Shown: positions 11,544-20,961 of the stretch, piece after piece | Position numbering within the stretch: the first letter of the stretch is position 1 | Layout: each line of letters starts with the position of its first letter | Assembly (NCBI GenBank): GCA_903860915.1 | Contig: CAIOSJ010000008.1 | Span: 36,573 to 100,572 of the forward strand | Direction: 5' to 3' | Source: an uncultured Actinomycetes bacterium | Lineage (GTDB): Bacteria > Actinomycetota > Acidimicrobiia > Acidimicrobiales > RAAP-2 | DNA length: 64,000 nt | Program-made: the position numbers and the translations under genes | The notes under the pieces: generated by a model | Told to the model about the DNA's origin: nothing | Database searches by the model: none | Seen by the model: the letters and a program-made list of their open reading frames with translations, nothing else

Positions 11544-12422
11544 GTGGCAAACAGCTCTACAGGTAAATGGGTCAGTCGCGTCGGTTCTTCCGGCGGCGGT
11601 AAGAGCTATAAAAAATCACGACCGGGGAACTACTACGGAGTCGTTGGAATTATCTGCGTCCTCGGATTGATCTCCGTTCTGTATTCGCGTTATGAGTATC
11701 AGCACCCCGTCGCCCCCGTCGTCGCGCAGCCGGCCATGGGAACCACGACCTACGCCGCTTTGGCGGTGGATGCGTGCGGTCAAATTCTCGGTGGCATGCC
11801 AACGGACATTCAACTTCCCGTTGGCTTCCAAGTCCAGGCGTCCAACGTCCTAAAGATCAGCCCTTCCAAGCCCGCCGAAGCTGGTCCTAATGCCACGGTC
11901 GCGAAGTTCCTTAGTGAATACAAGGCGATGACCTTTACGCCGAAGTCCTTCATGGCACCGCAGGCCTTCGGTGTGGCGACCTCGAAGTTCGCTTTTAAGA
12001 ATGGTCAGTTGTGTCCCGCGGGGTCGAAGTACGCCGGACGACCGGGTCGAGCAATCATTGCCTACTGGAAGACCATTGCCTCGAAGCCGATTCTGACGAC
12101 GAACGCAGCCTCGTTACACCTGTCCAGTCGTGTTCTGATCACCTTTGCCTTCGAACCCATTGGCGTCATTCCTCAGCAGCCCACGGCGGCGACGGTGCAG
12201 GCAATGCTGCAAGCCGCCAACTCCTCGGCTGCGCCTACGACGTCAATTCCCGTTACCTCATCCACCGTGAGTAGCCCGACGTCGACGCTGCCCTCCACGA
12301 CGTCCACCACGGTGCACACCACCACGACGACCTCGCGTCCGACCACCACGACGACCTTGCGTCCGACCACCACCACGCTTCCCCCCGCTACGACAACGAC
12401 AACGCTTCGTCTCCCTGGATAG
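11544..12422 (+). CDS. Membrane-anchored exported protein with Ser/Thr/Pro-rich C-terminal tail
   Basis: Basic N-terminus, one TM (YYGVVGIICVLGLISVLY), Cys-containing domain, mucin-like tail TTTTTSRPTTTTTLRPTTTTLPPATTTTT. Confidence 0.75.
   Translation: MANSSTGKWVSRVGSSGGGKSYKKSRPGNYYGVVGIICVLGLISVLYSRYEYQHPVAPVVAQPAMGTTTYAALAVDACGQILGGMPTDIQLPVGFQVQASNVLKISPSKPAEAGPNATVAKFLSEYKAMTFTPKSFMAPQAFGVATSKFAFKNGQLCPAGSKYAGRPGRAIIAYWKTIASKPILTTNAASLHLSSRVLITFAFEPIGVIPQQPTAATVQAMLQAANSSAAPTTSIPVTSSTVSSPTSTLPSTTSTTVHTTTTTSRPTTTTTLRPTTTTLPPATTTTTLRLPG
12321..12368 (+). repeat. 24-bp tandem duplication encoding the Thr-rich tail
   Basis: accacgacgacctcgcgtccgacc / accacgacgaccttgcgtccgacc (1 mismatch). 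Confidence 0.85.
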
Positions 12423-12424
12423 CC

Positions 12425-13453
12425 GTGAAGGCAATTATTCTTGTGGGGGGTGAAGGTACGCGCCTTCGACCCCTGACCTACTTCAGCCCCAAGCAGATGT
12501 TGCCCATCGTGGGTACGCCCATGTTGGAAAGGGTTCTGAGTAATCTCGCTCGCCACGGCGTCAGTGAAGTGGTTCTCTCTATGGGTTATTTGCCCGACAA
12601 GTTCCTAGAGGCCTACCCCGGTGGGGAAGTGGTCGGCATGAAGATCTCCTACGCGGTGGAGCCCGAACGCCTCGATACCGCGGGCGCCATCCGTTTTGCG
12701 GCCAACTTTTTCTCCATCAACGAGACCTTCATCGTCATCAACGGCGACGTCATCACTGACCTCGACGTCACCGCCCTCGTGACGCTCCACCGAGAGCGAG
12801 GGGCCCAGGCAACAATTGCCCTCCACCCGGTGGACGACCCGTCGCGCTTCGGAGTCGTGCCCACACACCCGGACAATCGAGTTATTGCTTTCGTGGAAAA
12901 GCCTCCCCGCGGCGAGGCGCCGACCAATGAAATCAACGCTGGCACTTACGTCATGGAGCCGTCGGTGCTCGATTTCATCGAAGCCGACAAGCCGGTGAGC
13001 GTCGAACGTGTCGTGTTTCCCGAGCTCGCCGAGCGTGAGACACTTTTCGCGCTCTCGGACGACTCCTACTGGCTCGATACCGGCACACCCGAGGCCTACC
13101 TCCAAGCCCACCGGGATATCCTTTCTGGACGTCGGGTGGTGGACCTTTCACCGCCGGCAGCGAAGGAAAACTGGATTCACCCGTCGGCCACGGTGAGCCC
13201 CAGTGCGCTGTTGCACTTGGTAACCGTGGACCGGGACGTGGTTATTGGCGAAGGCGCCATTTTGAATGACGTTGTCTTGATGCCCGGCTGCGTGGTCGCG
13301 CCCGGGGCTCGGCTCACCTCGTGCATTATTGGTCCGGGCGCGCGCATTGGCGAAGGTAGTGACTTGGGCCCCACCTGCGTCATTGGCCGTAACGAAGTAA
13401 TTGCGCCCGCCACCCAACTAGCGGGGGACGCTCGGGTTGGCGGACCTCAGTGA
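12425..13453 (+). CDS. manC: Mannose-1-phosphate guanylyltransferase (NDP-sugar synthase with LbH C-terminus)
   Basis: KAIILVGGEGTRLRPLT, PKQML, VINGDVITD, FVEKP, INAGTY, YWLDTGTP; hexapeptide repeats at the C-terminus. Confidence 0.85.
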   Translation: MKAIILVGGEGTRLRPLTYFSPKQMLPIVGTPMLERVLSNLARHGVSEVVLSMGYLPDKFLEAYPGGEVVGMKISYAVEPERLDTAGAIRFAANFFSINETFIVINGDVITDLDVTALVTLHRERGAQATIALHPVDDPSRFGVVPTHPDNRVIAFVEKPPRGEAPTNEINAGTYVMEPSVLDFIEADKPVSVERVVFPELAERETLFALSDDSYWLDTGTPEAYLQAHRDILSGRRVVDLSPPAAKENWIHPSATVSPSALLHLVTVDRDVVIGEGAILNDVVLMPGCVVAPGARLTSCIIGPGARIGEGSDLGPTCVIGRNEVIAPATQLAGDARVGGPQ

Positions 13454-14409
13454 GAATCCTCGTGACGGGGGTTGCGGGTTTCATTGGTTCGAATACGGCC
13501 ACGCTGCTGGTCGCTCGCGGGGACAGTGTCGTCGGGGTCGACAATCTCTCGTCGGGACTCGCGAGCAACGTGCCGGCGGGGGTGGAATTCGTAGAAGGCG
13601 ATATCGCTGACTACGAGCTCATTCGATCCCTGGGGATTTTTGACGCGTGCATTCACTTCGCCGGTTTCATTGCCTCGGGCGAATCGATGGAAATTCCCGA
13701 GGTCTACTTTGCCAACAACGTGGCCGCCACTCTCGAAATGTTGCGCGCGCTGGTCGACGGCGGAACGGGGAAGGTCGTGTTTTCCAGTTCGGCCGGTGTC
13801 TACGGCGATGTCGCAACGCTGCCCATCGAGGAAGACGCGCCGACGACGCCGACGAGCCCCTACGGGGAAAGCAAACTCATGATTGAACAAGCGCTGCGCT
13901 GGTTCGCTCAACAAGGTCGCCTACGGGCCGCCGCCCTGCGCTACTTCAACGCGGCCGGTGGGACGTCGGCCCACCCCGAGCACCACAGCCAGGAGACTCA
14001 CTTAATTCCCTTGGCTCTGGCGTACGCCAACGGTGATCGGGACGCCTTTGTACTCTTCGGTGATGATTACCCGACGTCGGATGGGACCTGTATTCGTGAT
14101 TACGTGCACGTGCTCGACCTGGCTCGCGCTCACATCTTGGCCATTGACGCCCTCGACAATCACAATTACCTAGTCTGCAATCTGGGGACGGGCCGGGGTT
14201 TTTCTAATCGCGAAGTACTCGACGCCGTGGCTCGAGTGACGGGACTGACTCGCCAGGTGGCCACTGCTGATCGGCGACCCGGCGACCCGGCGGTTCTCGT
14301 GGCGTCGACGGCGAGAGCAGAACGGGTTCTGGGCTGGACGGCGCAGCACACACAACTCGACGGCATCGTCGCAGATGCGTGGACCGCGTATCAGGCCCTA
14401 GCGAAATAG
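13450..14409 (+). CDS. galE: UDP-glucose 4-epimerase
   Basis: VTGVAGFIGS, HFAG..ASGES, FSSSAGVYG, SPYGESK, LRYFNAAG, DGTCIRDYVHVLDLARAH. Confidence 0.92.
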   Translation: MRILVTGVAGFIGSNTATLLVARGDSVVGVDNLSSGLASNVPAGVEFVEGDIADYELIRSLGIFDACIHFAGFIASGESMEIPEVYFANNVAATLEMLRALVDGGTGKVVFSSSAGVYGDVATLPIEEDAPTTPTSPYGESKLMIEQALRWFAQQGRLRAAALRYFNAAGGTSAHPEHHSQETHLIPLALAYANGDRDAFVLFGDDYPTSDGTCIRDYVHVLDLARAHILAIDALDNHNYLVCNLGTGRGFSNREVLDAVARVTGLTRQVATADRRPGDPAVLVASTARAERVLGWTAQHTQLDGIVADAWTAYQALAK

Positions 14410-15108
14410 GTCGTTACTAGCTCGACGGAGGAGGTTCTCTCTGACGCTGCCGCTACCAAAAAACTCGGGCCGAAGCCCGCGAAAGACGGCGAAGGGCAAA
14501 CCCGTGGACTTACCGAGTACCAGATCAGCCGCTCCGGCAATTTCGTCGACAATCGCGACCTCGGTTGCCTCCAGGATGCGGCCATTCGCATCGGGAGTTC
14601 CACGGAGGTCCAGCACGGGGGTGAGGCCGGCCACGCCAATGGCCACGTCCGTGACCCCTTCACGCCAGACGCGACCGAATGTGTCGGTAATGAGAACGGC
14701 GATGTTGCGTCCGGTGGCGCGCTCAATATCCCCACGAAACCGACGGGCGGAACGATCGGGATCAGTGGGGAGCAGTACCGCCGTGCCGTCGTTGGTATTC
14801 GATAGATCGATACCGGCGTTGGCGCAGACGAATCCATGGTGCGTCTCCACGATACGCAAGCTGCCCCGGCGCCGAAGGGTTCGACGTGATTCTTGATCGA
14901 TGAGTTGGTCCTTGTGCTGCTCCGTCCCGTCGAAGTCCACCACGCGGCCCTCGGCCTTAGCGACAATCTTGCTCGTTACGGTCACGACGTCGTTCTCGAG
15001 TAGTTCGTCCCCCTGCGCGGCGAGGGCGGCGAGAAAAATATTCGCGAGATCATCTCCGGGACCAATGGGTCCGACGCCGGTCACCGGAAATATATGCAGT
15101 CCACTCAC
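14398..15108 (-). CDS. cofE: Coenzyme F420-0:L-glutamate ligase (stand-alone, no nitroreductase domain)
   Basis: PGDDLA, VTSKIVAKAEG, GFVCANAGIDLSN, LPTDPDRSA, ITDTFGRVWREGVTDVAIG, DEIAGAADL. Confidence 0.95.
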   Translation of the reverse strand: MSGLHIFPVTGVGPIGPGDDLANIFLAALAAQGDELLENDVVTVTSKIVAKAEGRVVDFDGTEQHKDQLIDQESRRTLRRRGSLRIVETHHGFVCANAGIDLSNTNDGTAVLLPTDPDRSARRFRGDIERATGRNIAVLITDTFGRVWREGVTDVAIGVAGLTPVLDLRGTPDANGRILEATEVAIVDEIAGAADLVLGKSTGLPFAVFRGLRPEFFGSGSVRENLLRRASNDLFR

Positions 15109-16019
15109 CGCAGCACCGCCGCCGCGAGCGCTCGCGCGTGATCGGGATCGCTCATAATGGTGGGGCTCACGATCACTTCCATGCCGAGTTCACGAATGGC
15201 ACTCTCGTGGTGTGCGTCGGCGACGTCGATGATCATGGTTCCGACGAGATCGCGGTAGTAGCGGGCAACTCCGACGCAGCTGACCTCGTGTCCGAGTTCG
15301 CCCAGTAGCCGGTCGGCGGGACCCTTGATGGCCGCTCCGTTGATGATGGGTGACACGGCCACGACCTCGGATCGACGGGTCGTGAGGATGTCCCGCACAT
15401 CAGCTACGGCGAGGATGGGCGCGATGGAGATCAGGGGATTGGACGGAGCAATCACGATTCTTTCGCTCGTCAATAGCGCGTGGCGCGACTCGTCACTCAG
15501 TCGCGCCACGGCGGCGCCGGAGAACTGGATGTCAGTCACGGCAACCTCGTGGTGGTGGCGAACGAAATACTCCTGAAAACTGAGGCGTCCGAGTTCGGTC
15601 GAAAATTCCGTCGAAATGGGGTCATTGCTCACGGGCAAGATGGTCATGTCGAGGCCCCAGTGGCGCGTCAGTTCGGCCGTGACCATGGATTTAGTCGCCC
15701 CGGCGGCCAGACGCTGCGAGCGGTAGAGGTGTGTCGCGAGGTCGCGGTCGCCCAGGGCGAACCACGCCTCACCGCCGAGCTCGTTGAGCTCTTTCATAAC
15801 GCGCCAACTTTCGCCGGCGAGCCCCCAACCCAATTCCGTGTTGTTCAGGCCGGCCAGCGTGTACGAAATGGTGTCGAGGTCGGGGCAAATGGTGAGGCCG
15901 TGCATGACGAGATCGTCCCCGACATTGACGACGGCGTGCAGATCACTGGCCGTGACGACCTTGGCGAGGGCCGACAGGAGCCGCGCCGCACCGACACCTC
16001 CACTGAGAACACAAATCAC
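15105..16019 (-). CDS. cofD: 2-phospho-L-lactate/PEP transferase CofD (FbiA)
   Basis: LSGGVGAAR, VNVGDD, ICPDLDT, WFALGDRDLATH, FQEYFV, IAPSNPLISIAPIL, KGPADRL. Confidence 0.96.
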   Translation of the reverse strand: MICVLSGGVGAARLLSALAKVVTASDLHAVVNVGDDLVMHGLTICPDLDTISYTLAGLNNTELGWGLAGESWRVMKELNELGGEAWFALGDRDLATHLYRSQRLAAGATKSMVTAELTRHWGLDMTILPVSNDPISTEFSTELGRLSFQEYFVRHHHEVAVTDIQFSGAAVARLSDESRHALLTSERIVIAPSNPLISIAPILAVADVRDILTTRRSEVVAVSPIINGAAIKGPADRLLGELGHEVSCVGVARYYRDLVGTMIIDVADAHHESAIRELGMEVIVSPTIMSDPDHARALAAAVLR

Positions 16020-16026
16020 AACCTAG

Positions 16027-16032
16027 ACCTTA
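16027..16032 (-). promoter_or_regulatory. Putative -10 box (TAAGGT) of leaderless cofD-cofE transcript
   Basis: TANNNT 7 nt before the cofD GTG; no SD sequence. Confidence 0.5.
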
Positions 16033-16050
16033 GGCCGAGCTTCACTAGGC

Positions 16051-16869
16051 TTGAGTGCTGTGAGCGTCCATTTCGATTTGGCCGACTGGCCTGGCGAACC
16101 GGCCGCCGTAGTGGTGGCGCTGCGGGCCGATGGTCCAGAAAAACTGGCACAATGGGGTCCCTTGGATCAACCTCGCGAGTGGGCTTCCGTATCGAAACTC
16201 GCGGTGGCCTACGCGGCGGCGTGTGCGGTGAGCCGTGGCGACATCCGCCTAAGCGTTGCGGCCGGCCCACCGGGGTCGAGTTTGGAGCACCTGCTCGCCC
16301 ACGCCAGTGGTCTGGGGTTGGAGGAGTCCAGCGCTACGAGCCCCGTCGGGAGTCGTCGGGTCTATTCCAACGTCGGCATTGATATCGCCGCGGCAACCTG
16401 CGCTGGTACCGAGGCAGTGGGGGAGTGGCTGAACGAAGGTGTCTTTGCCCCCTTGGCCATGGCTGCGTCACTTCGGGGGCGAGCGTCCTCGGGGGTCGTC
16501 GGTAGCGTGGATGACTTAGTTCTGCTGGGGCTCGCTTGGCTACGCGCTACGGGTCTGACGCCGAGTGTGCACCAAGGTTTCACCACCCCCGCCTTTGCGT
16601 CCCTCGACGGTGTGGTGCCGGGTTGGGGCCGGTGGTCACCCTGTGAGTGGGGACTGGGTCCGGAAATTAAGGGAAGCAAGACTCACTGGATGGGGACCCT
16701 CGCGAGTCCCTTGAGTTACGGACATTTTGGTATGTCGGGAGCCCTCCTGCTTATCGATCCGCTGCGCTCCGTCCTCGTGGCGGCGACTTCCACGGTTGAT
16801 TTCGGACCCTGGGCTCGGAAGCTGTGGTCGCAGTGGATTGATCAGGCGATTGTTCTGGCGGACGCGTGA
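16051..16869 (+). CDS. Serine hydrolase, beta-lactamase class C-like family
   Basis: SxxK (WASVSK), LLAHASG, YSN (RVYSNVG), YGHFGMSG; start may be GTG 16060. Confidence 0.85.
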   Translation: MSAVSVHFDLADWPGEPAAVVVALRADGPEKLAQWGPLDQPREWASVSKLAVAYAAACAVSRGDIRLSVAAGPPGSSLEHLLAHASGLGLEESSATSPVGSRRVYSNVGIDIAAATCAGTEAVGEWLNEGVFAPLAMAASLRGRASSGVVGSVDDLVLLGLAWLRATGLTPSVHQGFTTPAFASLDGVVPGWGRWSPCEWGLGPEIKGSKTHWMGTLASPLSYGHFGMSGALLLIDPLRSVLVAATSTVDFGPWARKLWSQWIDQAIVLADA

Positions 16870-17882
16870 ACAGCGGCACTCTCCGTGTGGGCTGCGACCT
16901 CAGTGGGTCGCTAGAGCCCATGGGTGATTCCATGGTGGATCTCGTCAGTGAACTTCGGCGGCGCCAAGAAGTCGAAGTTGTCGCGTTTCGAACGGCCAGT
17001 GGCGCCGGCGACGTCGACGCGCGCCTGGCGCTGCGCGCTCTGTGGGCACCACTGTGGAGGAGGTCGCGGGGTCGTCGCATCGATCGCCTGCTGCCCCCGG
17101 TGGACGTCATCCACCTTGCGGGGCTCCTTACCCCACCGTCGCGGGATATTCCCCTCCTCGTCTCACTCGACGACCTGCGACCGCTGCGCAACGCCACGGC
17201 TGATCGGCAACGAATTGCCCAACTGCGCCGTGCGGTCCAAAGTGGGGTCCACCTGGTGGCCTCGTCGCACAGCGCACGACAGGAAATCCAAGATCGACTG
17301 GGCCTTAGACGGGAGAGCGTTGAGGTAGTTTTCCCGGCCGTGCCCGCACCCGCGATCGTCGACGGCGGCAGCAACCTGCTCGTGAACGTGACGGGCCGAG
17401 TGGAGCAGTTTCTCCCTCTCTGGCCCATCCTCGAGAAGATAGCTAGTGGCGGGGGTGGTCGCCTCGTGGTCCTCGCATCAGCGGCCGGCGAAGCGCGATT
17501 ACGCGCGGCCGGGGTGCGCGCCATCCTTCGCCCGCGACGTGACGCCGCGCGTGAACTGGCGGACGCGCGTTTAGTCCTTCACATCTCCGACGGTGCCCGT
17601 TTCCCTTCGCTGGCGGTCGCCGCCCTCGGCGCCGGGGTGCCGACGGTAGCAACCTCGACGCGCGTGAATCGCGAATTACTGGGTGGCGCCTCACTCCTCG
17701 TTGATGGGGACGACGATACCGACATGATTGAGGGGGCTCGGGCCCTGTGGACTGATGAACCTCGCCGAGCCCTGCTGCGGGCTGCGGGTTTGACGCGGTC
17801 TGGCGATTTTGCCCCCTCCCTGGCGGCGGCTCGCTACGAAACGCTCTATGCGAATACGCACTATCAATGGCGACGACGATGA
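16866..17882 (+). CDS. GT4-like glycosyltransferase with degenerate catalytic motif
   Basis: GT4 N-domain (DVIHLAG, VSLDDL); EX7E region reads SDGARFPSLAVAALGAGVP, with no Glu. Confidence 0.65.
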   Translation: MNSGTLRVGCDLSGSLEPMGDSMVDLVSELRRRQEVEVVAFRTASGAGDVDARLALRALWAPLWRRSRGRRIDRLLPPVDVIHLAGLLTPPSRDIPLLVSLDDLRPLRNATADRQRIAQLRRAVQSGVHLVASSHSARQEIQDRLGLRRESVEVVFPAVPAPAIVDGGSNLLVNVTGRVEQFLPLWPILEKIASGGGGRLVVLASAAGEARLRAAGVRAILRPRRDAARELADARLVLHISDGARFPSLAVAALGAGVPTVATSTRVNRELLGGASLLVDGDDDTDMIEGARALWTDEPRRALLRAAGLTRSGDFAPSLAAARYETLYANTHYQWRRR

Positions 17883-18958
17883 CTCGTTCAATTGTTATTT
17901 CCGTGGACCAGTGGTCGCGACCTCAGCCTGGGGGTATCGGGCGCTACGTGACGGGTCTGCTCACGGGACTCGAGCTGGTTGGCGGCAGTGAGCGCGTCGT
18001 CGCCCTCGGGCCCCGTGGCACCGTGGCGCCGGCGGGAATGCGGACCGTGGTCGAGGCACTACCGCTCCCGATAAGCGCCCTCACTCGACTGTGGGCCCAC
18101 TTTCCGTTGGGCGTACCTCGTTCAGCGGATGTGGTGCACGCCACGTCCATGTCCGGACCCTTCGGCGGTGGGCGCTCCGACGCGGTCCGTAGTATTTTGT
18201 TCCACGACCTATTGTGGCGGCGCTACCCCGAACAATGGACCGCGAGGGGAGTGGCTTTTCACGAGCGAGCCCTTGAGAAAGTCATCGCCACTACAGATAT
18301 TCGCGTGCTGGTTACCTCACCAGTCACGGCGAGCGAGATCGAAGCGGCGGGCGTAGCCAGTGAGCGAATCCATCTCGTACGCCTCGGAAGCACGCCGACG
18401 CCGCCCGGGGCGCATTTCGACCTAGCGGAATTCCTCCAGCGTCGCCAACTGCCCGCCGAGCTCGCCGAGGGTTTCACGGTCGCCGTCGGGACGCGGGAGC
18501 CCCGGAAAAATCTGACGCGCCTCGTTAACGCCCACGCGCGAGCTCGCCTGAGCGCACCTGATCTTGGACCCCTGGTGCTAGTGGGACCCGAAGGCTGGGG
18601 CCAGCTCGATACGAAGGACGCCCTGGTGTTGGGTGACCTCGCTCAGGGCGACCTCGATACCATCGTGGCGCACGCCCGCGTTGCCGCCTACGTCCCCATC
18701 GAAGAAGGTTGGGGTCTGCCACCCGTTGAGTACCTACGTGCAGGTCGACCCTGCGTGGTCTCGCGCAATGTGCCCAGCGTGAGTGAGAATACTGAAGTGG
18801 TATTGGTTAATCCACTAGAAGAAGACGATATTGCGGCGGGACTGCTGCGTGCGCTGAAGGCTTCCGATGATGAGCCGAGTCGCCTTCGCCGGCAACTTTC
18901 GGTAGCGGATCACACCTGGGAACGCTGCGCTCTCGATCACCTGGCCGCGTGGCGATGA
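17879..18958 (+). CDS. GT4 family glycosyltransferase
   Basis: PGGIGRYV, VGTREPRKNL, EEGWGLPPVE; ATGA coupling to the upstream stop. Confidence 0.88.
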   Translation: MTRSIVISVDQWSRPQPGGIGRYVTGLLTGLELVGGSERVVALGPRGTVAPAGMRTVVEALPLPISALTRLWAHFPLGVPRSADVVHATSMSGPFGGGRSDAVRSILFHDLLWRRYPEQWTARGVAFHERALEKVIATTDIRVLVTSPVTASEIEAAGVASERIHLVRLGSTPTPPGAHFDLAEFLQRRQLPAELAEGFTVAVGTREPRKNLTRLVNAHARARLSAPDLGPLVLVGPEGWGQLDTKDALVLGDLAQGDLDTIVAHARVAAYVPIEEGWGLPPVEYLRAGRPCVVSRNVPSVSENTEVVLVNPLEEDDIAAGLLRALKASDDEPSRLRRQLSVADHTWERCALDHLAAWR

Positions 18959-20061
18959 GGATCGCGCTCGACGTTTCAGCGGTCCCCGAGCGTCCCGCGG
19001 GCGCGGGTCGCTACGTCAGCGAAATTTCTCGCCGCTTGCCGAGCCAGGGTATTGATACCACGCTGGTTACTCGTCGCAATGATGCCGAGCGTTGGACCGC
19101 GTGGTCTCCAGCGGCGCGGGTGGTGTCGCCGGTACCGAGTGCCCGCCTTGCGCGCCTCGTCTACGAGGCCGTCGCCTTGGGTCGTGCGAGCGACGTCGAC
19201 CTCTGGCACGGCCCGCATTACACGATGCCGAGGCGCTCGAAGTTGCCGATTGTGGTGACCATCTGTGACCTCACCTTTTTCACCAACCCGGAGTGGCACG
19301 AAGCGCGCAAGGTACCCTTCTTCCGCCAAGCCATTCGTTACGCGGCTCAGCACGCCGATACGCTGATATCGATTAGCCACTACACGACGCAATTGCTCAA
19401 TGAAATATGCCAGCCGAGTGCTCCCATCATCACGGCTCCGCTGGGCGTGGACCTCGAACGCTTCTCGAGGAATGACCAGAACGACGAGACCCTTCTGCGC
19501 GCGGCTGAACTGCCCGTCGGCGTCGGCTTCATCTTGTTTGTTGGGACTATTGAACCCCGCAAGGGTTTAGACGTCTTGCTGCACGCCTTCGCGGAACTGG
19601 CGAGCGAGGATAACGACCTAGAACTGTGGATTGTTGGACAAGCGGGCTGGGGGGTTGACGACAACTTCGCCGCGCACCCCTTCGCGTCACGCATCCGACG
19701 TATTGGCTACGTGCTGGATGAACTGCTGCCCGCCCTCATGCGTCAGGCGCGAGTAGTGGCCTACCCCTCGCGTGGTGAAGGTTTCGGACTTCCGGTGCTC
19801 GAGGCGCTGGCCTGCGGTGCGCTGGTGGTGACGACTGCTAACACGGTGATGGAAGAGGTGGCCGGTACGGTGGCGACGCTGAGCAAGGTCGGTGACACCC
19901 TCGGCCTCGCCACTGCGCTACGCAGCGAACTCGCACTCGACCGCGTCCAACGCGAAGTGCGCGCCGAGAGCGCTCGGCGCCGTAGTGAGATATTCACCTG
20001 GGACGCGACCATGGCGGGACACGTGGCGGCCTATGAACTCGCACTGAGTCGGGGGCACTGA
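18955..20061 (+). CDS. GT4 family glycosyltransferase (mannosyl/rhamnosyltransferase-like)
   Basis: AGAGRYV, LWHGPHYTMP, VGTIEPRKG, PSRGEGFGLPVLEALACG; ATGA coupling. Confidence 0.9.
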   Translation: MRIALDVSAVPERPAGAGRYVSEISRRLPSQGIDTTLVTRRNDAERWTAWSPAARVVSPVPSARLARLVYEAVALGRASDVDLWHGPHYTMPRRSKLPIVVTICDLTFFTNPEWHEARKVPFFRQAIRYAAQHADTLISISHYTTQLLNEICQPSAPIITAPLGVDLERFSRNDQNDETLLRAAELPVGVGFILFVGTIEPRKGLDVLLHAFAELASEDNDLELWIVGQAGWGVDDNFAAHPFASRIRRIGYVLDELLPALMRQARVVAYPSRGEGFGLPVLEALACGALVVTTANTVMEEVAGTVATLSKVGDTLGLATALRSELALDRVQREVRAESARRRSEIFTWDATMAGHVAAYELALSRGH

Positions 20062-20063
20062 CC

Positions 20064-20069
20064 TAGTGT
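20064..20069 (+). promoter_or_regulatory. Putative -10 box (TAGTGT) of a leaderless transcript
   Basis: TANNNT 7 nt before ATG 20077; no SD sequence. Confidence 0.45.
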
Positions 20070-20076
20070 TGCTGTT

Positions 20077-20961
20077 ATGAAGGCGCTCATTACCGGTGGC
20101 AATGGATTCGTTGGTCGGCACTTAGCTGAGCACCTCATGGCGCTCGGCGATCAGGTCACCAGCGTTGACGTCGAGTGCGACGTGGCCGATACTCAGGCCA
20201 TGCAATCGGTGGTCGCCGCCGCTCAGCCCGACGTTATTTATCATCTCGCGGCCCTGAGCCACGTTGGTACGTCGTGGAGCAATCCCTCAGAAGTATTGCG
20301 CGTTAACGTCATCGGCACCGCCTCGGTCCTCGCGGCCAGTCGAGCCACGGCGCCGGACGCTATGACCGTGGTGATCTCCTCAGCCGAGGTCTACGGGGTG
20401 GTTCAGCCGTCGCAGATGCCACTTAACGAAGGAGCGGCCATTCGCCCCGTAACTCCGTACGCGGCCAGCAAGGCGGCGGCTGAACTCGTGACCCTGCAGG
20501 CGGTCCTCGGTTACAACCAGCGGGCCATCACGGTTCGGCCTTTTAATCATTTCGGTCCCGGACAATCCACGAACTTTTTCATTCCCGCGATGGCGAACCG
20601 TCTGTTGCGTGCTGAGGAGCAGGGCTTGACGAGCATTGCGGTGGGGACACTCACGACGCGCCGAGACTTTACCGACGTGCGTGACGTGGTGCGGGCGTAT
20701 CGGCTGCTCGGCGAACACGGGACGTCGGGGGAGACCTACGTGGTGGCCAGTGGGGTTGATCGATCGATGCAGGAAATCGCCGACGAGCTACGCAGGGTGG
20801 TCCATTCTTCGGTGACCTTCGCCGAGGACCCCGAACTGCTTCGCCCCGCTGACATTCCCTTGTTACGTGGTGACAGTCAGAAACTTTACGACGCAACGGG
20901 TTGGTGTCCGACAATCGACTTTACGACGTCGCTCGAAGATACCGTAGCGGCTCTGCGTTAG
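20077..20961 (+). CDS. GDP-sugar reductase/dehydratase, most like GDP-4-keto-6-deoxy-D-mannose reductase (Rmd)
   Basis: LITGGNGFVG, YHLAALSHV, SSAEVYG, TPYAASK, RPFNHFGPGQS, RRDFTDVRDVVRAY, LRPADIP. Confidence 0.75.
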   Translation: MKALITGGNGFVGRHLAEHLMALGDQVTSVDVECDVADTQAMQSVVAAAQPDVIYHLAALSHVGTSWSNPSEVLRVNVIGTASVLAASRATAPDAMTVVISSAEVYGVVQPSQMPLNEGAAIRPVTPYAASKAAAELVTLQAVLGYNQRAITVRPFNHFGPGQSTNFFIPAMANRLLRAEEQGLTSIAVGTLTTRRDFTDVRDVVRAYRLLGEHGTSGETYVVASGVDRSMQEIADELRRVVHSSVTFAEDPELLRPADIPLLRGDSQKLYDATGWCPTIDFTTSLEDTVAALR

